DNA from: a virus
Taxonomy: Duplodnaviria > Caudoviricetes
Direction: 5' to 3' (one strand)
Length of the DNA: 64,000 nt
Virus record (IMG/VR): IMGVR_UViG_3300028581_000010
The notes beneath the pieces are model-generated. The model was not told the origin of the DNA, did no database searches, and worked only from the letters and a program-made list of their open reading frames with translations. A program made the translations under genes and the position numbers. Of this stretch, positions 1-10,070 are shown piece by piece (the first letter of the stretch is position 1; every line of letters starts with the position of its first letter).

Positions 1-2110
1 TGTACTCACGCCCTCCGAATACGGTGATTTCTTGCCCGTCGACGGGGTTGGTAATTACCGGAGCCGCCATAAAGACTAATTTGTATCTTTTAGGGCGAGA
101 GCTAACATAGCGCGTCTCCTCAAACCGCACCGAACGGACATCAATGAACATATAGGAAGTGCTTGCCCCAGACACCGCCGTATACCGTCCAGATAGTGTG
201 AGCGATACAGGATTCACATCTGCTGTTTTGGTTATGAAAGAGGGCATGGCGTTCCCAGCATGTATCTCGATGAGCCCCAGATCGAACGCTTGCCCTGATG
301 CGTCCTTTCCGTCGAACCGATGCCGGGCGTATACGCCATCACGAAATATTAACGCAGGAGGCTCGCCGTCAGGATCTACTGGTTGGTCGTTGAGGTAGAC
401 GCTGCCGGGCTTTGGTGCGGTCGGCACAGCTAGTACTCTTGTAAAGGTCTCAGTACCAAGCTGCACCTCTAAAGACGCTCCGAGTGGCTCCCCGGTTGCC
501 TGCGCCTCCAAAACTATTTCTGAAAATGCGTAATCTCGACAACCAAGAATACCGCTTGCCACGTTGTATTGTACTTGCGGGCGGGTGCTGTTGGCATCTG
601 CAAAACGCAACTTAACAGATCCAGGCGTGAACGAAGTCCCGCTTGCTGGTGTATATGCTACTACGAACGCAACTGGCGTTCTTCCTGGGTTGTATAATCC
701 GACGGACACCCCCATGAAAGTCGTGTACGCCCCGCTTTGCGACCATGCCTCACTTGTGTTCGCGACTACCTCAATGTAGGGCTTAGAATTTGCCTCGACC
801 GATAATGTGTTGTACTCGCTGATGGTATGCGCAAAAGTCGCTCCCACGCCAAAGTCTTCTACTCGGAAGTAGAATGGTCCATCTGCAGTTGTTGCGGCAG
901 GAATACCGTCCAGTATAACTGTTGTAGACTCAAGCTGTTCCGGAGTATCCGTTACAACTTCCACAATTTTATGCTTTCTAACATCACCTGCAGCGTAGCG
1001 TATGAGTAAGTTGCGCCCTTCATGAAAATACTTGGAAAAGCTCCCATTACATTTTATACCGGAGCGCGCCCAGTCTGCGGGTAGTGTGGCACAAAATGAA
1101 CTAGCTACAAAGGTAGTTGTTGTGGGAATCGCTGTGATTAGTCCTCTGGTTTCACTAGCATTCTTAACAAAGTCCACGATATCCTGCAACCCATCTGCAA
1201 GCCGGTTCATGTAACCCGCTGTAGCGTTCACAGCTTCTGGCGGGCACTTCGGCTTACAATTGTTCGAAATTAGTATCGTATTGCTGATGTCCGTAGCGCC
1301 TGCGAAGGTATCACCGTTATAAAGAGGAAATAGATAGTATGGACGCAGCGGGCTTGGATCGGAGCTGTCGTACTCCAGCTTCTTACTATACGTCAGCAAC
1401 GATAGCGAGTAACAACTGCTGGTGGCCAGATATATATGCCCCCGGTCATCAGGGGCCAACTTGTTTATAGAGTATATACCAGTTCTATTAGAGCAGGGGT
1501 CGTACAGGCCCAGCCCAAGACCCCGGCCAACATACATGCCGATTCCGGCTGAAGGCTCACCTAAAAACTTAGTGTTTGTGCCTCTCGCGATATAGGGGGC
1601 GAGAGTATCAGTGCTGGCGTAACTGTGAGCTGCCGCATATGTATTATCGGCTTGTACGTTTGAAAATGTAAGGCTTTTTACAACAGGCGCGTAAAGTGCA
1701 ATAGCTCCCGAGGAGACCTCTGCTTCTTCCTTAGTATACGTATAATCGAAGGCTGCGCCAGCGCATAGCGTAACTAAACCTGCACCAAAAACGAGCTTAG
1801 CACTCAACGCTTCGTTAGAGAACGCGTAGAACGCCACATCTTTATTGTTCAGGTGGTCGACGACGTCGGCATGGTTCACCTCGATTGTTGCCAGCGTTGC
1901 TGCAGCTAGGCAGTCCTTGAAAGTGATATGCAACAGACCGCCGTCGGTGCGTATGCGCTGCATGTAGATGCGCTTTACACTCTTGCTCTTGGGGGCAAGA
2001 AGCATGTCTAGAAACCAGCTCTCTTGAATCGGGTTGGCAGCAACGGCGACAGCATCCTTAAACGGATATGCTATCAAACTGTTGTTCGTAAGATACTCAA
2101 GGGCAGCCAT
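1..2110 (-). CDS. Partial (runs off window edge), >=703 aa putative tail fibre/baseplate-peripheral protein; paralog of 2130..3032
   Basis: Not in the ORF track. Hand translation from ATG at 2110 (MAALEYLTNNSLIAYPFKD...) is open to position 2 (...VITNPVDGQEITVFGGREY). Shares the N-terminal and GxGLGL..C..I..PD..G.I.L...C motifs with the next gene and lies at the distal end of the baseplate operon. Confidence 0.75.
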   Translation of the reverse strand, partial: MAALEYLTNNSLIAYPFKDAVAVAANPIQESWFLDMLLAPKSKSVKRIYMQRIRTDGGLLHITFKDCLAAATLATIEVNHADVVDHLNNKDVAFYAFSNEALSAKLVFGAGLVTLCAGAAFDYTYTKEEAEVSSGAIALYAPVVKSLTFSNVQADNTYAAAHSYASTDTLAPYIARGTNTKFLGEPSAGIGMYVGRGLGLGLYDPCSNRTGIYSINKLAPDDRGHIYLATSSCYSLSLLTYSKKLEYDSSDPSPLRPYYLFPLYNGDTFAGATDISNTILISNNCKPKCPPEAVNATAGYMNRLADGLQDIVDFVKNASETRGLITAIPTTTTFVASSFCATLPADWARSGIKCNGSFSKYFHEGRNLLIRYAAGDVRKHKIVEVVTDTPEQLESTTVILDGIPAATTADGPFYFRVEDFGVGATFAHTISEYNTLSVEANSKPYIEVVANTSEAWSQSGAYTTFMGVSVGLYNPGRTPVAFVVAYTPASGTSFTPGSVKLRFADANSTRPQVQYNVASGILGCRDYAFSEIVLEAQATGEPLGASLEVQLGTETFTRVLAVPTAPKPGSVYLNDQPVDPDGEPPALIFRDGVYARHRFDGKDASGQAFDLGLIEIHAGNAMPSFITKTADVNPVSLTLSGRYTAVSGASTSYMFIDVRSVRFEETRYVSSRPKRYKLVFMAAPVITNPVDGQEITVFGGREY

Positions 2111-2129
2111 AACACAATTCTACACCAAC

Positions 2130-3032
2130 TTACGGTGTTGGGCAATTGCAATTGGCGTTTGTAGTGCTTAGATACGTGGTAAGCTGTACGTTGAGGTTAT
2201 CGTAGTAGTTCTTGAGACTCAGGAAGTTATTCTCGAGGCTTACCAGCCTGCCTGTGAGGTCGGCTAGGTCGTCGCACCCAGAGCATGGTGTGCAGCAAGT
2301 GTCTGTAAAGCTCAGCGTGTAGGCAGCGGTATTGGTGACACTTAAACAGTTCAATCCAAGTAGATTTATGTTCCCTTCGGCGTCTGGGCCTACACCGTCG
2401 ATTGTCTTAACACATGTGTCGTAAACACATGCTTTATTAAGACCTAGCCCATCGCCAGCGTCCAGTATCACGTAGTTCTCAAGCTCGTCGAAGGTGAAGC
2501 GTAGGTTAGTTCTTGAGGCGAGCGTTACATTGCCAGTGATAGAGGTCTCTCCGTTCACGTCATCTGTAAAGCGTATGCGTGATATACCCTTCATGGAAGG
2601 TATCGCTGCACGCGCCTCAAACTCAGTAGCTGCTAATTCAAACGTAAACTCTCCTGTGGGTTGCTCTTGGAGGTCAGCTACGCGGCCAATAGTAATCTTA
2701 CCGTTCGCTCCAGCGAAAGCAGCCGTCTCTTCAAGATAGTAGTCGTCGTTGATGGTATGCGTGTTTAAATCCACCTGCACGTAGCCAACTACAGAGGTAG
2801 TTCCTGCCAGATCTGCGGAGATCTCTAATACAAAGCTCGTGAGCTTGTTAAATAGGCTCGAGATGAAGTATCTCTCCTGAATATCTCCGCCCACTGCCAG
2901 GGTGGCATCTACCAACAAGGAGTCCGGTATGACAAAGTTGCCGTCGGTGCTAGTTGCCGATGATCCCTCGCGCAAAGGATAGCGCCTTACCGAGTTAAGG
3001 TTAAGATAGTCGAGCGAATCAATGAAGGGCAT
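2130..3032 (-). CDS. Putative tail fibre/baseplate-peripheral protein with Cys cluster and C-terminal coiled coil
   Basis: Likely start is ATG 3032 (MPFIDSLDYLN), 1 nt after the upstream TAA. Motifs KTIDGVGPDAEGNINL and DTCCTPCSGC, followed by a heptad-like helix. Confidence 0.7.
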   Translation of the reverse strand: MPFIDSLDYLNLNSVRRYPLREGSSATSTDGNFVIPDSLLVDATLAVGGDIQERYFISSLFNKLTSFVLEISADLAGTTSVVGYVQVDLNTHTINDDYYLEETAAFAGANGKITIGRVADLQEQPTGEFTFELAATEFEARAAIPSMKGISRIRFTDDVNGETSITGNVTLASRTNLRFTFDELENYVILDAGDGLGLNKACVYDTCVKTIDGVGPDAEGNINLLGLNCLSVTNTAAYTLSFTDTCCTPCSGCDDLADLTGRLVSLENNFLSLKNYYDNLNVQLTTYLSTTNANCNCPTP

Positions 3033-3033
3033 G

Positions 3034-4953
3034 TTAGATGCTCCAATAGATACCAAGCAGGCCTATGTCTCCAGTATAATCTCCGCTTCCAAGTAATGCA
3101 CGAGTAAGTTTGAAGTTAACTATGGCGTCAGCAGTCAGTGCCGCCTGCGGTACAACAAGTGTTGGACTGCTTACCTTGACAATAGTGTTCAGCGTGTAGC
3201 TGGTTGGCGTAGCTGTGAGCGGAAAGCTGGCGGTTACCGGTGAAGAGGCGGCGCTTGTAATAGCCACTCCCAGCTTGCTAACAGCATACTGAAAGGTGAG
3301 CGCTACGTTTCTAGTTGTCTCTGTTCCGTATGAGCGCGAACCGAACAAATGAAGCGTTAACTTAAGGTTAGATGTTATTGCGTAGCTGCTTGGCAGGATT
3401 ATCTTACCGATCAGTGCATATGGTGTGCTGATTGTGGCGAAGTATGGCAGCTTGATATAGGAGTTAAGCCCCATAAACTCCAGAGAAGCATTGACGGGTT
3501 CTATGGAGTCTACAAAGCCGGTTAGGCCTTCGTCCTTATAAGATACCTGGTATTTGCCTTCGCCAGATCCTACTTCTGTGACCTTGATGTCTCCTGCGCC
3601 TGTAAGCTGCGAGACCACAGGCGTCACCCCCTTGAGAAACTTACCCGTATTGTCGTCGAATGTCAGCGATGATACCGCGGTACCTGTGTTTGCCTCAGTC
3701 ACGGTGAACTCAGGCACGATCTTCGCATACAGGTCGCCAGTGAAGGCCTCCTCTGTGGGATTGTCCTTGCTATAGAACCTAATCAAGGATGTGCCTCCAT
3801 AGAAAGGTCTCAGTGAGCTAACCAGCTGCGTGCGCAGGGCTGGGTTAAACTTGGAAAAGCTTATGAATGTACGTGGACGTAGTTCGTCCGATCCTTTCGT
3901 GGTAGGCCAGTCGGTAGTCTCCCACACGCCGCTAGCTAAATCCGAAGCCCAGGGCTGTTTACCGTCCTCATCTGAGTACCACCACAACCCATACTGGTCC
4001 ACGCTGTAGATACCGTCCGGCGTATAATCATCCATCAACCTCTGGGTGATACCGTTTACAGTTATCTGCACAAAATTAGAAGGAATTGGCGGTAAAGCTG
4101 CCTTGAGTTCACTAGCCTCAATCTTCTCATTATCGGTCAAATTGTCATCGTACTGGTAGTCTCCACCAGGAATATAGTAAAAAAACTTAGCCCCTGCCGG
4201 AATAGCTACACCAGGTAGCACTGTTGCAGACGCTGTGACCCACCCCAGTTTACCGACAGCGCTAGCCGCAGTTGTATCAGGCAGCGTCCATGTGCCGGTT
4301 GTGAGCAATGGGGTGCCGGCCGGTCTATCTAGTACGTTGTAGCGATAGTTGATAAAGAACTGAGAGAACTCGTCTACGCTTGGCTGCAATAGAAAGGATG
4401 TTTTTGACAGCGCATAACCCACATATACAGGAATACCTGCAGGGTTCTTGGTGATCTTGCCCGGATATCTGCGCGACAAGTAATACGGGCCCACCTCGAA
4501 TGTTTCTGGCGAGGAAGCGTCCTGTTCTATCAGCCCATACACGGCATCATCCAGGTTGTAGCTTAGCTCGCAAAGCCCGTGAATGTATAAGTCGGCCTTC
4601 GTACCAGAGGCGTTGAGGCCGCGCACAATACCAAATGTAAAGTTTGAGTCAGTCGGAGCATACATCGAGCGCGCGTTAGAGGAAGAAAAGCCAGTAATAG
4701 CTTTGTCCAACCCAGTACCATTCACATCCTCTTTATAATAAGCCACGCTTAGCCCTACACCAAAAGTAGCGTCGGGATGTACTGGTTGGTCGAAAGCAAG
4801 CAGCACAGATTTACCGAGCAGCTCGTTGAACTTCTCGTAAAGATGTTGGTCGCGCTGAATAAGTTGATCCAGCGGCGGATTAACGGTAGACTGCTCTACA
4901 GTCTCACCGTCTTTAATTTTTCTTACAGCGGGTACCCATGGTGTAGCTGACAT
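3034..4953 (-). CDS. Putative tail fibre / distal baseplate structural protein
   Basis: Long beta-rich ORF. Likely start ATG 4953 (MSATPWVPAVRKIKDGE...VNPPLDQLIQRDQHL) resembles fibre N-terminal attachment segments; operon position supports the call. Confidence 0.6.
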   Translation of the reverse strand: MSATPWVPAVRKIKDGETVEQSTVNPPLDQLIQRDQHLYEKFNELLGKSVLLAFDQPVHPDATFGVGLSVAYYKEDVNGTGLDKAITGFSSSNARSMYAPTDSNFTFGIVRGLNASGTKADLYIHGLCELSYNLDDAVYGLIEQDASSPETFEVGPYYLSRRYPGKITKNPAGIPVYVGYALSKTSFLLQPSVDEFSQFFINYRYNVLDRPAGTPLLTTGTWTLPDTTAASAVGKLGWVTASATVLPGVAIPAGAKFFYYIPGGDYQYDDNLTDNEKIEASELKAALPPIPSNFVQITVNGITQRLMDDYTPDGIYSVDQYGLWWYSDEDGKQPWASDLASGVWETTDWPTTKGSDELRPRTFISFSKFNPALRTQLVSSLRPFYGGTSLIRFYSKDNPTEEAFTGDLYAKIVPEFTVTEANTGTAVSSLTFDDNTGKFLKGVTPVVSQLTGAGDIKVTEVGSGEGKYQVSYKDEGLTGFVDSIEPVNASLEFMGLNSYIKLPYFATISTPYALIGKIILPSSYAITSNLKLTLHLFGSRSYGTETTRNVALTFQYAVSKLGVAITSAASSPVTASFPLTATPTSYTLNTIVKVSSPTLVVPQAALTADAIVNFKLTRALLGSGDYTGDIGLLGIYWSI

Positions 4954-4954
4954 A

Positions 4955-5509
4955 TTATAGATCGATCTTAATTCCCCAAACAATGTTCAAGTTGTAATTG
5001 GCATTGTAGACAATGCTGTTAAACTGCGTGCGCGAAAACACAAGGTCTTGAGCAGCTGTGGTTGGGTCCATAGCAGCCACCAACCCCACCTCAAACAGCT
5101 TACTCACATCAGTTTCAAGACTAGCACCTACTGTCTCATTAGCGGAGGTGACCATAGTTGAAAACAGCACTATGTTATCTTCGTAGCCGGCGTCTGATAA
5201 GTAGGTAGGCTCGAATGTGAGCGGCTCACGTATGTAGCCGAAGTCTACAGATGACTTAAATGGATCAGAGTAGTTCTCGTCGATGTTCGGGGCAGTGAAG
5301 CTTCCGCTTGCATTATTGTAGCCTATGTACATTCCCCAAATCTTAGCGTTCAACTTTCCAGCAAGAGCGTAGGCCATAATTTTTGCGCCAGCCTTGAGAA
5401 TCATATTGGGCTGGTCTACGAGCAAGTGCTGAGCGCCGCTGGAGGGCTCCACCTCAAATATTTTAACAAAGCCGGACATGGTGTGCTTGGGCATAGATTC
5501 AAAATTCAT
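4955..5509 (-). CDS. Putative tail-collar / fibre-attachment baseplate protein
   Basis: 184-aa ORF with NMIL..GAKIM, LFEVGL and FSRTQF...LNIVWGI pattern typical of myophage fibre-attachment proteins; follows the wedge genes. Confidence 0.55.
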   Translation of the reverse strand: MNFESMPKHTMSGFVKIFEVEPSSGAQHLLVDQPNMILKAGAKIMAYALAGKLNAKIWGMYIGYNNASGSFTAPNIDENYSDPFKSSVDFGYIREPLTFEPTYLSDAGYEDNIVLFSTMVTSANETVGASLETDVSKLFEVGLVAAMDPTTAAQDLVFSRTQFNSIVYNANYNLNIVWGIKIDL

Positions 5510-5520
5510 ACGATTATTTT

Positions 5521-5548
5521 ATTATATAGCTTACGAAAAGTCGATCAA
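5521..5548 (-). promoter_or_regulatory. sigma70-like promoter TTGATC-N16-TATAAT
   Basis: Read directly on the minus strand; perfect -10 box 11 nt upstream of ATG 5509. Confidence 0.55.
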
Positions 5549-7555
5549 TAAGAGCGTGGATACCTCTTTAGTCGTCGCGCCGGTCGGAATGCTGCCGTAC
5601 AGCGCCCCATCGCGCAGCTTGGTCCCAACGCTGCCCTTGAGTTTTATGTTGCTTGGTACCATGTGCAACGGTGTATCACCTGTACCAAATGTGAGATCAG
5701 GCGCTAGATCCGCGCTCCAGGTTGGGCACTGAGCCACGCAGAACAATCTACGCGTATAGTCGCGGTAATAGTCCGGGTCCACCTGCTGCGTGGGGCGGCC
5801 ACCGGGCGCAAACGTGTCAAACCAGTATGTGCCTGTAGGTTGAGTTACGTCGGTATCAAGCGTAACCACCGACCCAACTATGTTAGAAATAGTGTATAGC
5901 GAGTTTGTACCCCTAAAACGCAGCTGCTGCCCCACCCGCAGCCCTGCCTCTTCTCCGCTGTTAGCTATGGTTATGTCCGCCTCACCCTCCGTAGCTGTGG
6001 CCTCCACATTATACGCCGATGGAACAGCTGCGTAGCTGGCAGTGCTGCCATCAGCAGCGAAGGTACCAGCAAGGCCCTCCACAGCTATTGAAGAATTTAA
6101 CCTGTCTAGGTGCTCCTGCGGCATGCCAAGGTCAATCAGATATAAAAGGTAAACATGCGCGGGTAGATGCTTTCTAAGTAAGCTGTTAAGCCCAAAAAAG
6201 TATTCGAACTGGCTGATGTTCAGGAATTTAAGCTTTAGCAGCGTGGTATTATTTTTAAAAAAGTTGGCGAATAAAAAGTCAACAGGCTTGATAAAAGTCT
6301 TGGCCACACCTGTAAGCCCCAGCGCAGCCTTGGCCTTCTCCTTGTTTGCAGGTAGGTTCATATGCTTATGAAACTCGGCGACGTCTGGTCCACGCCCCTC
6401 TACAGGAAAAACGATGTCGCCGGCCGCATTCACAGACACCGGTTCTAGCGCAGTAGAGAAAAATAGCTGGTACTTGTAGTTACCGACGAACATATGGTTG
6501 GGTAGGCCTAACTTAGGAACAGCCAGGTCTGACGTCCACCACTCGCTGCGACGTGCAGCATCCACCATGAGAATAGCGTCTACCAGCTGATCTCCAGCAT
6601 GCACCACAGTGCCGGGCGCCAGGCCCGAAGCCAACGTATAACCAACGTCGAATAGATATGCAGATTTATCTGTTATAACGTGCAGTCCCAGTGTGTCCGT
6701 ATATGAGGATTCCAACGTCTCAGCTGCCATACGCACCTGGTCTACACCCATTAAAGCTGAGAGGAGCTGCGCAACCTGCTTAACTGTAGGACCCGAGGCA
6801 CAAAGTCCTACTGCGGCCTCCATAATCTTCTTATAAGCGTCGCTGCTCTCCAGCTTAAGCTCGAAGATTGTGCCAAAATTGTTCTGAATGAGCTGTGTGT
6901 CTTCTCCTGCGTTGTACAACCATAGAATTATGAACTCGTCTGCTTGAACAACCCCAGATTTATCCACAAACGTAATTGGTGCACCAAAGTCAGAGATGAG
7001 CGCTGACTTAGCGAAGCCGGCGTTGTCAAATGGGTTGCTATTGAGGTAAAGTACGCCACGCTCCAGCACCGCGTCCACTCCGTTAAGATACATCACAGTT
7101 GGGTCTAATACTCTATCAGCGATAATGGAAAATGACTTTAGCTCTGTTGGTAGACTTACACTAAAAATGCTGCCAGATGTGTCTTTTGGGTACCCAAACT
7201 GAAAGATTTTACCCGCATAAAAAACATCTAGCTCAGGCTGCGTACCAAACACAGCGCCGTCAGGTGCAAAGCGGAATGGAGCTAGATTAAGCTCGGACTT
7301 CTTCACTATAACAGGAAGCCAGCGCTCTCTATGCAGAATCGGTATGTCGTGTACCGAGTACGAGGCTACGGTCTCCACAAGGTTGTAATAGCTTTGTATG
7401 AGTTCCTCAGCCATACCGATAGTGTAACCCTTGATAAACTCCTTGTCAGCAAAGATGCTGGTCCAAAAAGATCCTAACCCGCGAGTGAGCCGCCTATAGT
7501 TCGTCCTATAGTCTCCAACTCCGTAAGTTTCTGGAAGCGTTTGTGCGTAGTCCAT
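5531..7555 (-). CDS. Baseplate wedge subunit (gp7/gpI-position protein)
   Basis: 674-aa ORF translationally coupled to the baseplate J-like gene. Ends of pattern LRKHLPAHV.LL are typical of wedge proteins. Confidence 0.6.
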   Translation of the reverse strand: MDYAQTLPETYGVGDYRTNYRRLTRGLGSFWTSIFADKEFIKGYTIGMAEELIQSYYNLVETVASYSVHDIPILHRERWLPVIVKKSELNLAPFRFAPDGAVFGTQPELDVFYAGKIFQFGYPKDTSGSIFSVSLPTELKSFSIIADRVLDPTVMYLNGVDAVLERGVLYLNSNPFDNAGFAKSALISDFGAPITFVDKSGVVQADEFIILWLYNAGEDTQLIQNNFGTIFELKLESSDAYKKIMEAAVGLCASGPTVKQVAQLLSALMGVDQVRMAAETLESSYTDTLGLHVITDKSAYLFDVGYTLASGLAPGTVVHAGDQLVDAILMVDAARRSEWWTSDLAVPKLGLPNHMFVGNYKYQLFFSTALEPVSVNAAGDIVFPVEGRGPDVAEFHKHMNLPANKEKAKAALGLTGVAKTFIKPVDFLFANFFKNNTTLLKLKFLNISQFEYFFGLNSLLRKHLPAHVYLLYLIDLGMPQEHLDRLNSSIAVEGLAGTFAADGSTASYAAVPSAYNVEATATEGEADITIANSGEEAGLRVGQQLRFRGTNSLYTISNIVGSVVTLDTDVTQPTGTYWFDTFAPGGRPTQQVDPDYYRDYTRRLFCVAQCPTWSADLAPDLTFGTGDTPLHMVPSNIKLKGSVGTKLRDGALYGSIPTGATTKEVSTLLLIDFS

Positions 7556-9177
7556 TACAGTAACGATATGCCTATACTATCGATAGTCTGTGCGCCTGCT
7601 GCGTCAGACTGATAGTAGTCTATGAAATATTGCGTTGTCTTTGGTGATATGCCTTTAGCTAAATTTGTCGGAATTATGAGCTCGTCATCACTATCAATAT
7701 ATAGGCTAGTGCCATCATTACACAAAATAGCCCCATGCATCTCAATAGGAAGGTCGACGCGCTTGATATTGTAATTGTGGCATATGTCTATAATTCTAGA
7801 CGCCTCCAGCGTTTCACCAAACGGAATAGTATTTACATAGTTAAAGATGCTTTGCTTTAAAGCGGACAGCCCGAGCGACTCGACAGTGTCACCTATATTC
7901 TTACGCACCAGTGATATGTTTAACGACACAAAACAAGGCAGGGCTGCTTTAACAAGATAGTCTGCGCACAGTACGCGAGAGTCGTCGGCGAGGAACATGT
8001 CTTGTATATCACCTACATATGGCATGTGGCTGACGAGCACGTTCAAGCTCTGATGTGCACCGACCAATGCCGTAGGTACCTCAGAGTAATTAAAGGTCAC
8101 CTTAGCTGTCTGGTAGCGCGTAAAGCGCGCCTCTGTGGCGTTGTTGACCTCGTTGTTACGGGCAGTTGGAGTGAAGCTATACCCGTATTCTACGTTTGTA
8201 ACTTCAAGTGACCCTCCCAGCAGAATACTTGTGTCAATTGGGAGTACGGACACTATCTTGTAAAAACCTGGCGCGTCAGTTGCATCTAGCTGCAGCTCCC
8301 AGGTACCGGGAGCCGTCTTAGTCGCTGTCTTCACCAGCTCTAGAAGAGCTGCATTGACGTTGGTCCGGACATATATGTCGGCTTTACCAAGCGTGGCTAT
8401 TCCGAGCGCATTCTGCTTGTCGCGCAAGAGTTCGCTGTCAGCTGCACCACAGGCTGATAATGTCTGGAAGGTTGGGTATATCTGCTTAAGTTTTGTTTGA
8501 ATACCTGCCGGGGAATCTAGCCTATTCGAACCAAAGTCCACCTTGATCTTGTTCAGCAGGGCCAGATCATCGTCCTTTTCCAGCCCTCCAGTAAAATTAC
8601 CATAAGCGACAGCCTTAACGAAATTTTGGATGTACCCAAAAGAGGACAGCTGTAGTACAGTGCCGGACGAAATTGCGTACTTACTGCCGACCTCAGCAGC
8701 GACCACATCTACAATGAAATAGCTGAGGCTTCCTTCGGCGTATACAGAAATATCGCCGAGCGCGGCCGCTGTAGCTGCGTTTGCAGTTACGCTTGCCGCC
8801 TGCTCCAGTGTGTAGTAGAGGTTGAGACTGGGTTGCACAAACTGAAAGCCTTCAGGCAATAATACATCCACGGCAGCAGAGATATAAACTTTGACCTTGC
8901 CTGAAACATACTTGCCCTGCTCGCGGCTGACTCCGTAGTTGGAGGCTATCTTATCCATTACAGTCGTATACGCACCTGCACCGCTCAGTTCAACCTGAGC
9001 CAGTGTCTTACCTTGCGATAGCTCCAACAGCTCGTTATAGATTTCGTTCTGCGCGGATGCGCTCAGCTTGAGGACAAGCTCGCGTATTACAGAGCCAGGA
9101 CCAACATCGGCCCCAGGATAAGCCTCCGCAATCATTGTCGTCAAGCGGGTTAAGGTATTGCTAACAGTTTCGCTCAT
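7555..9177 (-). CDS. Baseplate J-like wedge protein (T4 gp6 / P2 gpJ family)
   Basis: N-terminal YPGADVGPGSVIRELVL, mid VVAAEVGSKYAIS..GT, and FTGGLEKDDDLALL motifs characteristic of gpJ; follows a gp25-like gene. Confidence 0.85.
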   Translation of the reverse strand: MSETVSNTLTRLTTMIAEAYPGADVGPGSVIRELVLKLSASAQNEIYNELLELSQGKTLAQVELSGAGAYTTVMDKIASNYGVSREQGKYVSGKVKVYISAAVDVLLPEGFQFVQPSLNLYYTLEQAASVTANAATAAALGDISVYAEGSLSYFIVDVVAAEVGSKYAISSGTVLQLSSFGYIQNFVKAVAYGNFTGGLEKDDDLALLNKIKVDFGSNRLDSPAGIQTKLKQIYPTFQTLSACGAADSELLRDKQNALGIATLGKADIYVRTNVNAALLELVKTATKTAPGTWELQLDATDAPGFYKIVSVLPIDTSILLGGSLEVTNVEYGYSFTPTARNNEVNNATEARFTRYQTAKVTFNYSEVPTALVGAHQSLNVLVSHMPYVGDIQDMFLADDSRVLCADYLVKAALPCFVSLNISLVRKNIGDTVESLGLSALKQSIFNYVNTIPFGETLEASRIIDICHNYNIKRVDLPIEMHGAILCNDGTSLYIDSDDELIIPTNLAKGISPKTTQYFIDYYQSDAAGAQTIDSIGISLL

Positions 9178-9181
9178 AAGA

Positions 9182-9658
9182 TTAAATTGGTAATGGTACT
9201 AGAAAGTCGGCGGTACTGCCAGCTTCGGTTGTAAGGAACACATCAAAACCCACATAGTCGCCGCGCAGGACGATATTCCGCAATTTAGCGGAGGCTAACT
9301 GCTCGTCTAACGGCAATCCATCTGTCTGGGCCTGATATTCCTTCAGCCTCACGACGACGCCGTAGTTTGCGAGTGCGAACGTCTGCGAGGCGGCCAGTCT
9401 GTCTATCACCCCAGAGCCGTTCTTAATGTTGGCTAGAAAACTGGTGCCCTCGGTAGGAAAGTCTTCCTGAGAACCTAAGTCGGTGAGTAGAAGAATCGTA
9501 TAGCGCTGTATCAGCTTCTGTACTCCTGCGCAAAACCGCCCGATATTACCTACCGTGATATCCATTGTTTGCGCGTCAGGGTTCCTGACGTCAGGGTACT
9601 GCAACAAGCTAACGTCTAGCTTTCTTCCTGTGTAATCTGTAGTGGTTTTAATAGCCAT
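9182..9658 (-). CDS. Baseplate wedge / sheath initiator, gp25/gpW-like
   Basis: 158 aa with GVQKLIQRYTILLLTDLGS...PTEGTSF and DEQLASAKL.NI pattern; canonical position upstream of gpJ. Confidence 0.8.
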   Translation of the reverse strand: MAIKTTTDYTGRKLDVSLLQYPDVRNPDAQTMDITVGNIGRFCAGVQKLIQRYTILLLTDLGSQEDFPTEGTSFLANIKNGSGVIDRLAASQTFALANYGVVVRLKEYQAQTDGLPLDEQLASAKLRNIVLRGDYVGFDVFLTTEAGSTADFLVPLPI

Positions 9659-9662
9659 ACTG

Positions 9663-10070
9663 TTAAGTATCCAAATGCTTCTTAAAAGTCTTAAAGTAGT
9701 TCAAACTCTGCCCAGCTGTAGCTCCTATTCTGGCCCCCTTCTGGCTCATGTCGTCGCGATAGAAATGCATGCGGCCCTTATAGCGCTGGACTACTCCGTT
9801 TGTAAAGCTATAGAGCATACCTATTTCGAGCTGCAAGGCACTAACACCTTTACGCTTAGTGGGGTCCTGCTCCTTAAGGCGTTTCACAAATTCCTCGTTA
9901 AGCTTGCTACGGTCAGTAACTTTTTGCAGCTCCTCAACGGTTAACTTCGTAAGCTTGAGATCAGTAGTGGCCCATTTGCGACCAGAGCGGTCGTTTGTAA
10001 GCCTGGCAGAGGTCATCGCCTTGGCCCAGGCTGCAACTGCATTAAAGATTGCGGAGATACTATCGAACAT
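9663..10070 (-). CDS. Hypothetical protein
   Basis: ATG 10070 overlaps the sigma-gene stop (TAATG coupling); fills the gap in the operon. Confidence 0.7.
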   Translation of the reverse strand: MFDSISAIFNAVAAWAKAMTSARLTNDRSGRKWATTDLKLTKLTVEELQKVTDRSKLNEEFVKRLKEQDPTKRKGVSALQLEIGMLYSFTNGVVQRYKGRMHFYRDDMSQKGARIGATAGQSLNYFKTFKKHLDT

